Program-made: the position numbers and the translations under genes
Part shown: positions 59,501 through 64,000 of the stretch, piece by piece
Position numbering within the stretch: the stretch's first letter is position 1
Layout: every line of letters begins with the position of its first letter
Notes under the pieces: model-generated
What the model saw: the letters and a program-made list of their open reading frames with translations, nothing else
Database searches by the model: none
What the model was told of the DNA's origin: nothing
Assembly (NCBI GenBank): GCA_963739455.1
Contig: CAVUAK010000001.1
Span: 2,272,001-2,336,000, forward strand
DNA from: an uncultured Gemmatimonadales bacterium
Lineage (GTDB): Bacteria > Gemmatimonadota > Gemmatimonadetes > Gemmatimonadales > GWC2-71-9
DNA length: 64,000 bases
Direction: 5' to 3'

Positions 59501-60346
59501 CCGGAACCAGGCCGCTGCCGAATCATTGGGCTGCATGCGCAGGCCGAGCAGGGTGATGTTGCCCTGGTCGAGGCTGGCGGACATGTGGCGGAAACTGACC
59601 GTGGAGGCGCCCGACCCGATCGCGAGTTCCTCGGCAGCGAGGGCGATCTGCCGGCTGAACAGCGGGCGGCGGTCCGCGACCGGCTGCTGCGGATCGATGA
59701 CGACGTCCACGAAATGCGCGGAGAACTGCTGCAGCGCCACGCTCTGGGCAGGCAGTGACTGCCGTTCGCGCGTGAGATCGAGGCGAATGTCAGGGAAGTC
59801 GACATCGCGGATGCTGATGACCGGGAGCATCTCGGGAAGCCTGAATTCCCGTTGCATGCGGAGAAAGCCGAGTCCGCCGCGTCGCTGCTTCGTCTCGGGA
59901 GCAACGCTGTCACTGGCAGCGACCTGGGCGCCGATCCGCACGCTCTTGCACTGGAAAAGGTTGCCGAAGAGGCCACGCCGGCGAATGAGCTTCCAGACGT
60001 TGACGCCGCTCAGCTGGCAGTCATGGGCGCTCACCCGGAGCCTCGGCCGGTCAGGAAACCGGGCCTTCCGGATGGTATCGGTGGTGACGTAGGCGGAATC
60101 GAACGCGATGGCCCCGGGGATGAGGCGGAGGCGCACGGGGGTGATCTGCAGGACGTAGACGCTGTCGGACACCCGCGTCATCTCGGCGCGAAGCAACTCG
60201 CGCAGCGCCTGGCTGGAGAACTCGCGCCACCTCAGGAGCGGTGTCAGGGCGACGATGAGCAGCATCAAGCCGGCGCCGATGAGCCATGGGCGCCGGATGA
60301 CACGAGCTTTCCGCGATGGTGGAGCTGGGGAGGCCGTAGGGTGCAT
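56510..60346 (-). CDS. Large repetitive beta-rich protein with N-terminal TM (AsmA/DUF748-like)
   Basis: 1278 aa uninterrupted ORF, single TM, about 5 internal repeats, amphipathic C-terminal helix. Confidence 0.6.
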   Translation of the reverse strand: MHPTASPAPPSRKARVIRRPWLIGAGLMLLIVALTPLLRWREFSSQALRELLRAEMTRVSDSVYVLQITPVRLRLIPGAIAFDSAYVTTDTIRKARFPDRPRLRVSAHDCQLSGVNVWKLIRRRGLFGNLFQCKSVRIGAQVAASDSVAPETKQRRGGLGFLRMQREFRLPEMLPVISIRDVDFPDIRLDLTRERQSLPAQSVALQQFSAHFVDVVIDPQQPVADRRPLFSRQIALAAEELAIGSGASTVSFRHMSASLDQGNITLLGLRMQPNDSAAAWFRQQKYRRPWVELQADSVQFAGINLAELIMHGTVTSERIVIGGLNTTIETDASLPPRPPTVRAVSPVHEAAATASTVRLEADTVELVDGTARYIQHRPGAPNVTVWLPHVAFKASEILIDPDLPPTRQRPLLARVVDLTLDGATYGTADSLKLLTMGQLRLKVGDSVLVARQLTVGPGISDADWMRRQKVRQTLGRAVIDSVVLRGVNYDRLIVHSILDARDMAVSGVRVRLQKNMGLPAPPKRSERAQPALDSTLADMGVPTNIGRLSAEGDVTYIEHHPGLPDREFTVKRVAVTGEKLVVEGSGPLVPLMQQRIKLVLTDIDRHWGKVRSLAVGRVAVSLDDSTLTIDSIRIAPHYTRFPRRTTVNVALDSMRMTGVDFVRLADGHGATMRQAIVGNASFDVTVDAGVAQAPRPPADSRLTTHDSLFTGLSFPIAVRDFEVLRGRGLYTRREPGKAPLVLSLDRIAVTGRSIDLQRGVTRPLVEQDIVARISGVTLAGPPANARAASVAINLGDSTISLHGMRLHTGSPHDSARAGELPTSGVTVALDSVELAGIHLGELVRGKAVRMRRVSVGTLDVEVRHVGSAKDSLEEPVDRETGQKAGLPLAIGNLSAPLVHFRYVDVKPDGGSHTYSVKKASLAAEGVALNPGASRESRIRHISKRAVVSATDIVIDDNPMSSFTVGSFIASLSDSSARIGNIRIGPTVPDSVWVSRQSHRRDRIRVGADSVQLAGLDFDRLILGDGLWLRHGSVYGFGIDAFTDKNLVADTVKKLHSTVQHDVQSIRFPFGIDSLSVIDGAVVYNELEVGKPEAGGVTFTAITAMITGFTSRGVAGQSPPLRIETHSTIFGMGKLDAFATVPLTASGLDATYYGRLGPMPAVAINQFAQKNLPVTIEGGQFHEVTFSVGSRDGHAVGTIVPIYTGLRVRLHDPTAGFFKRVKFSVLTFLARTFFIRRDNPSQEGEPPRVGTIDHTFAGESVIQFLWFAVRGGIEKSILK
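58227..58257 (+). repeat. (GAGTCGT)3-GAGTCGG heptamer array inside a CDS
   Basis: Encodes ADSRLTTHDS on the minus-strand gene. Confidence 0.85.
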
Positions 60347-60369
60347 GCGGACAGAAGAATAGCAGGAGG

Positions 60370-60392
60370 GGGAACAGGGAACAGGGAACAGG
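60370..60392 (+). repeat. (GGGAACA)3 in a divergent intergenic region
   Basis: Direct reading. Confidence 0.85.
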
Positions 60393-60433
60393 TTGTCCTT
60401 GTGCGCGACCGACTGGATCGGCAGACTCCGCGC

Positions 60434-61414
60434 ATGAACCTGCATTCACCGGTGCCGACGATTGTTCCGAGGCCGCGAGACTACCTGGAAACGCGGGACG
60501 GGATGTTCCTCGCGGTGGTGTCGTCCATGGTGGATGACGGGCATGCACTCACGAGCCTGCGTTACGTGCGGCGGGGCGGGGTGCTGGTGAAGCTCGGCAC
60601 GGACGAGGCCAACCAGTACCTGCGTGACCACCGGCCGACATACCTGGCTCATTCGGCGCTGATCGATGCGATGATCCACCTGGTGCCACTCGGCGATGTG
60701 GTGAGAGTCCACCGGCCGGACCTTCGGCTTGCGGCGCTCAGAACAGCGGGAACAGGGAACAGGGAACAGGGAACAGGACACGACCTGGCGAGCCTGGCGC
60801 TGCGGGTGGTGGAGGCGCTCGAGCGCGGAGGGGCGCCGGTGGGGAGAATCGGGCTGGGCGGATCGCTGCTGCTGGGGGCACAGCACGCCGAGTCGGACAT
60901 CGACCTGGTAGTGTACGGCCGGGCAGCGTTCGAGGCGGCGCGGCGGGCGCTCGGGGCCGCGGTGGCGTCGGGAGGGCTCGATGCGCTCGATCGAGGGCAG
61001 TGGGAGGCTGCGTGGACGCGTCGCGGCAGCGACCTGACGCTGGAGGAGTATGTGCGGGCTGAAGTGCGCAAGCTGAACAAGGCGGTGATCGCGGGGACGC
61101 GGGTGGACCTGACGCTGGTGGTGGACAGGGACGAGGAGGTGCCGGAGCGGGGTCCGTTCAGGAAACTGGGGAGGTTGGTCGTGACGGCGGAGGTGGTGGA
61201 TGCGGTGTCGGCGTTCGATCATCCGGCGCGATACCGGGTGCGGCATGACCAGGTAAGCGAGGTGGTGTCGTTCACGCCGACGTATGCGGGGCAGGCGGTG
61301 GCGGGGGAGATCATCGAGGCCGCGGGATGGCTGGAGGTGGATTCGGTGGGGGCACGGAGGGTGGTGGTGGGGACGAGCAGGGAGGCGGGGGGGGAGTACA
61401 TCAAAACAGCGTGA
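60434..61414 (+). CDS. Pol-beta superfamily nucleotidyltransferase, archaeal COG1665-like
   Basis: GLGGSLLLG....SDIDLVVYG catalytic motif; C-terminal SFTPTYAGQA..GE.IEA.G.LE...VVGTSRE. Confidence 0.7.
   Translation: MNLHSPVPTIVPRPRDYLETRDGMFLAVVSSMVDDGHALTSLRYVRRGGVLVKLGTDEANQYLRDHRPTYLAHSALIDAMIHLVPLGDVVRVHRPDLRLAALRTAGTGNREQGTGHDLASLALRVVEALERGGAPVGRIGLGGSLLLGAQHAESDIDLVVYGRAAFEAARRALGAAVASGGLDALDRGQWEAAWTRRGSDLTLEEYVRAEVRKLNKAVIAGTRVDLTLVVDRDEEVPERGPFRKLGRLVVTAEVVDAVSAFDHPARYRVRHDQVSEVVSFTPTYAGQAVAGEIIEAAGWLEVDSVGARRVVVGTSREAGGEYIKTA
60748..60777 (+). repeat. (GGGAACA)4 inside a CDS
   Basis: Encodes GTGNREQGTG. Confidence 0.9.
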
Positions 61415-61528
61415 GGAGGAACTGAAACAGCGTGAGGAGGAACTGAAACAGCGTGAGGAGGAACAACGACTGCGGTAACCGCCGTTGCAGTTCCTCCTTA
61501 CGCCGTTGCCGTGCCTCCTTACGCTCTT
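61405..61528. repeat. 21-bp-unit palindromic element (copy 5)
   Basis: 3 direct units (two identical AACAGCGTGAGGAGGAACTGA), central gactgcggtaaccgccgtt, 2 inverted units. Confidence 0.92.
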
Positions 61529-61529
61529 G

Positions 61530-62450
61530 CTACTTCGCCAGGTTCTTCCTGAGGTCTCCCAGGTTCAGCATCGGCACGCCGCCCTCGGTGGGCACGAGGA
61601 TGACCAGGTTGCTGGATGTCTTCATGCCCTCCAGCACCTCGAGATACTGCTTGGTGAGGGCCTCGGGGGTGAGGGTCTGGTTGAGCAGGCGCTGCTGTTC
61701 CGCCTGAAGCCGGGCGACATCGACGCGATGGCGCTCGGTTTCCACCTGCTGTTCCTGGGCAATCTTGGAGTTGATGGCCTGCACCACCTGTTCGGGCGGC
61801 TGGAGATCGCGCAGGAAGAAGGCGGTGATCTCCGCGATGCGGAATGGCGGGCCGCCGGAGCGGGGCTGGGTTTCCAGCGCGGAATCGACCTCGGCCTTCA
61901 TCCGCTCGGCGATCTTGTTGCGATCCGCGATCTGGTTGATGGAGAAGGCGGACATGCCGTCGCGGACGCCGTTCCGGATGGCGTTCTGGACCACACTCTC
62001 GATCTGCTCGTGCCCGCCGATCTCGGTGTAGATGCGGGGCGCCTGCTGGGGGTCGATCTGCCAGCGGACTGCGGCATCGATGTTCATTCCCATCTGTTCA
62101 CTCGAAAGCGCCGGAATGCGCTCGGCCTGCTCGCCGGTGCGGGGCCATTGCTCCTCGCGGGTGGAGAAGCGCTCAACCTCCGACCATGGCAGGACGAACC
62201 GAACCCCGGGGAGCAGCGGCTCCGGCTGCACCTTGCCGAAGGCATGCAGCACGCCAACCTGTCCGGCGTCGATGACCACGAAGGAGCTGGTGGAAAGCGC
62301 CAGCACACCCAGGATGGCCAGCACCAGGCCCACGAGGCGCGTCAGCGCGGCACCGGGGCGAGGTGAGGCGCTGGTCTTCATGCCAGACGCGGTGGCGAGG
62401 ACGATGAGGGAGATGAACAGGAGGACGAAGCCCAGGACCAGGCGTGTCAC
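61530..62450 (-). CDS. SPFH/prohibitin family membrane protein
   Basis: TM helices, VIDAGQVGV...GKV, PG.RFV.PW, LRDLQPP, AINSKIAQEQ coiled coil. Confidence 0.88.
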   Translation of the reverse strand: MTRLVLGFVLLFISLIVLATASGMKTSASPRPGAALTRLVGLVLAILGVLALSTSSFVVIDAGQVGVLHAFGKVQPEPLLPGVRFVLPWSEVERFSTREEQWPRTGEQAERIPALSSEQMGMNIDAAVRWQIDPQQAPRIYTEIGGHEQIESVVQNAIRNGVRDGMSAFSINQIADRNKIAERMKAEVDSALETQPRSGGPPFRIAEITAFFLRDLQPPEQVVQAINSKIAQEQQVETERHRVDVARLQAEQQRLLNQTLTPEALTKQYLEVLEGMKTSSNLVILVPTEGGVPMLNLGDLRKNLAK

Positions 62451-62487
62451 GGAGTCTCCGGCGTGTGGGGATGGTTAAGGGTACTTC

Positions 62488-62590
62488 AACGGCGTGAGGA
62501 GGAACAGCGACTGCGTGAGGAGGAACTGAAACAGCGGTGACCGCAGTTGCGGCTCCCCCTTACGCTTCTGCAGTTCCTCTTGACGCAGTT
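62488..62590. repeat. 21-bp-unit palindromic element (copy 6)
   Basis: 2 direct units, central aacagcggtgaccgcagtt, 2 inverted units ending at the PadR stop. Confidence 0.9.
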
Positions 62591-62945
62591 ACCTGCCACG
62601 GATGCTTCCCGCAGTACCGTACCGAAGGACCCGGTTCATCGTATCGACGTAGCGCTCCCAGCGTTCCAGCTCGGTCCAGAACCACTGGCGGCCCTGGGGG
62701 GTGAGCTGGTAGTAGCGAGCCTTGCGGTGGCGCTCGGAGGCGCCCCATTCGGACTCGATCATGCCGCGCTTCTCGAGGCGGCGGAGTGCAGGGTACAGGG
62801 TGCCTTCCTCGACCTGGAGGGTGCCGTTGGTGACCAGGCGCATCCATTCGGCGACCCCGGCGCCGTGGGTGGGTTCCCAGCGCAGGGCGCGGAGGATGAG
62901 CATGTCCAGGGTGCCGCGCACGAGGGCGGTGGAGGCGGCCGGCAT
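62589..62945 (-). CDS. PadR family transcriptional regulator (acidobacterial type)
   Basis: GTLDMLILRAL, VEEGTLYPALRRLE, SEWGASE..RKARYY.LT..GR. Confidence 0.92.
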   Translation of the reverse strand: MPAASTALVRGTLDMLILRALRWEPTHGAGVAEWMRLVTNGTLQVEEGTLYPALRRLEKRGMIESEWGASERHRKARYYQLTPQGRQWFWTELERWERYVDTMNRVLRYGTAGSIRGR

Positions 62946-62950
62946 GCTGC

Positions 62951-62988
62951 AAGATAAGGCGCTTCCCATAGAAACCATATGGGAAGCG
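62951..62988 (-). promoter_or_regulatory. PadR -10 element and palindromic operator
   Basis: CGCTTCCCATA-N7-TATGGGAAGCG perfect 11-bp inverted repeat; TATCTT 5 nt before ATG. Confidence 0.7.
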
Positions 62989-63075
62989 GTGGACGCGCCG
63001 GGCGGTCCTCAGTAGGCTTGCTTCCTTCGTACTGCTTCAAACCCCTCTGACTCCCGCCCAGATGAGGAGAATGCC

Positions 63076-64000
63076 GTGAGCCCCAACAGTCCCGAACGCG
63101 TTGATGAAATCTTCAGCGCCGATGTGTTTTCCCGTGCCGTCATGCGCCAGCGGTTGCCGAAGGAGGTCTACAAGAGCCTGCTGCGGACGATCGACCGGGG
63201 CGAGCCGCTGGACCCGAAGGTGGCCGACGTGGTCGCGGCCACGATGAAGGACTGGGCGGTCGAGAACGGCGCCACCCACTTCACCCACTGGTTCCAGCCG
63301 CTGACCGGCCTGACGGCCGAGAAGCATGACTCGCTGGTGTCGCCGGATGGGCAGGGCGGGGTGGTGTTCAACTTCTCCGGTTCCGACCTGGTGCAGGGCG
63401 AGCCGGATGCGTCGAGCTTCCCGTCGGGCGGCCTGCGGGCGACGTTCGAGGCCCGCGGCTACACCGCGTGGGACCCGACCAGCCCGGCGTTCCTGATCCG
63501 GGGCCAGGGCGGCACGGTGACGCTGTGCATCCCGACGGCCTTCGTGTCGTGGACCGGCGAGGCGCTCGACACGAAGATCCCGCTGCTCCGCTCGATGGAA
63601 GCGCTGTCCAAGCAGGCGTTCCGCATCCTCAAGGTGTTCGGCACCGATGCCGGGCGTGTCGCAGGTGTTCACGACGGTGGGCCCGGAGCAGGAGTACTTC
63701 CTGATCGACCGGGACCTGTTCTTCGCGCGGCCGGACCTGGTGTCGTGCGAACGGACGCTGTTCGGCTCGCGGCCGCCCAAGGGGCAGCAGCTGGAAGACC
63801 AGTATTTCGGCACGATCCCGGCGCGGGTGCTGGCGTGCATGCACGAGGTGGAGCGGGAGCTGTGGCGGCTGGGCGTGCCGGTGAAGACGCGGCACAACGA
63901 GGTGGCGCCGGGGCAGTACGAAATCGCGCCGCTGTTCGAGCAGAGCCACATCGCCAGCGACCACCAGATGCTGACGATGGAGACGATCAAGCGGGTGGCG
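63076..64000 (+). CDS. Glutamine synthetase type III (3' truncated; frameshift near 63655)
   Basis: [74 protein letters not shown]. Confidence 0.93.
   Translation, partial: MSPNSPERVDEIFSADVFSRAVMRQRLPKEVYKSLLRTIDRGEPLDPKVADVVAATMKDWAVENGATHFTHWFQPLTGLTAEKHDSLVSPDGQGGVVFNFSGSDLVQGEPDASSFPSGGLRATFEARGYTAWDPTSPAFLIRGQGGTVTLCIPTAFVSWTGEALDTKIPLLRSMEALSKQAFRILKVFGTDAGRVAGVHDGGPGAGVLPDRPGPVLRAAGPGVVRTDAVRLAAAQGAAAGRPVFRHDPGAGAGVHARGGAGAVAAGRAGEDAAQRGGAGAVRNRAAVRAEPHRQRPPDADDGDDQAGG

Noticed and set aside
61405..61528. 21-bp repeats as a CRISPR array
   Set aside because: Units are contiguous with no unique spacers, flip orientation mid-element, and no cas genes are present
56470..64000. Integrative element at tRNA-Ser
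   Set aside because: No integrase and no duplicated tRNA 3' end seen in the window

Overview
High-GC bacterial chromosome segment, most likely Gemmatimonadota. This is inferred from gene content and order, the acidobacterial-type PadR, and the hpf-hprK-mannose-PTS-ptsH-ptsI-metK block. It is mostly housekeeping genes (ftsY, recG, gdh, asnS, mazG, alr, deoB, cdd, miaB, comFB/comEC, fbp, argS, purM, ribD-E-BA-H, nusB, PTS, metK, recO, selB, clpB, tadA, tRNA-Ser(CGA), GSIII). There is also an accessory cluster at about 2-10 kb (octaheme-TPR lipoprotein, OprO/P porin, arylsulfatase, hydrolase) and an archaeal-looking pol-beta nucleotidyltransferase near 60-61 kb. Many genes, including essential ones, carry single-base frameshifts, which points to an unpolished long-read assembly rather than pseudogenes. 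The most unusual unexplained structure is a system of period-7 repeats. It comprises four heptamer families (GGGAACA, SAGTCGN, GGGTTCA, GGCGTTA) and a 21-bp unit containing a Shine-Dalgarno core. The 21-bp unit is arranged as direct copies, then a 19-bp central palindrome, then inverted copies. These arrays sit on or next to stop codons, supply stop codons and C-terminal peptides, and occur in-frame inside genes. Several genes, by contrast, look leaderless. No CRISPR array, integrase or transposase was found.
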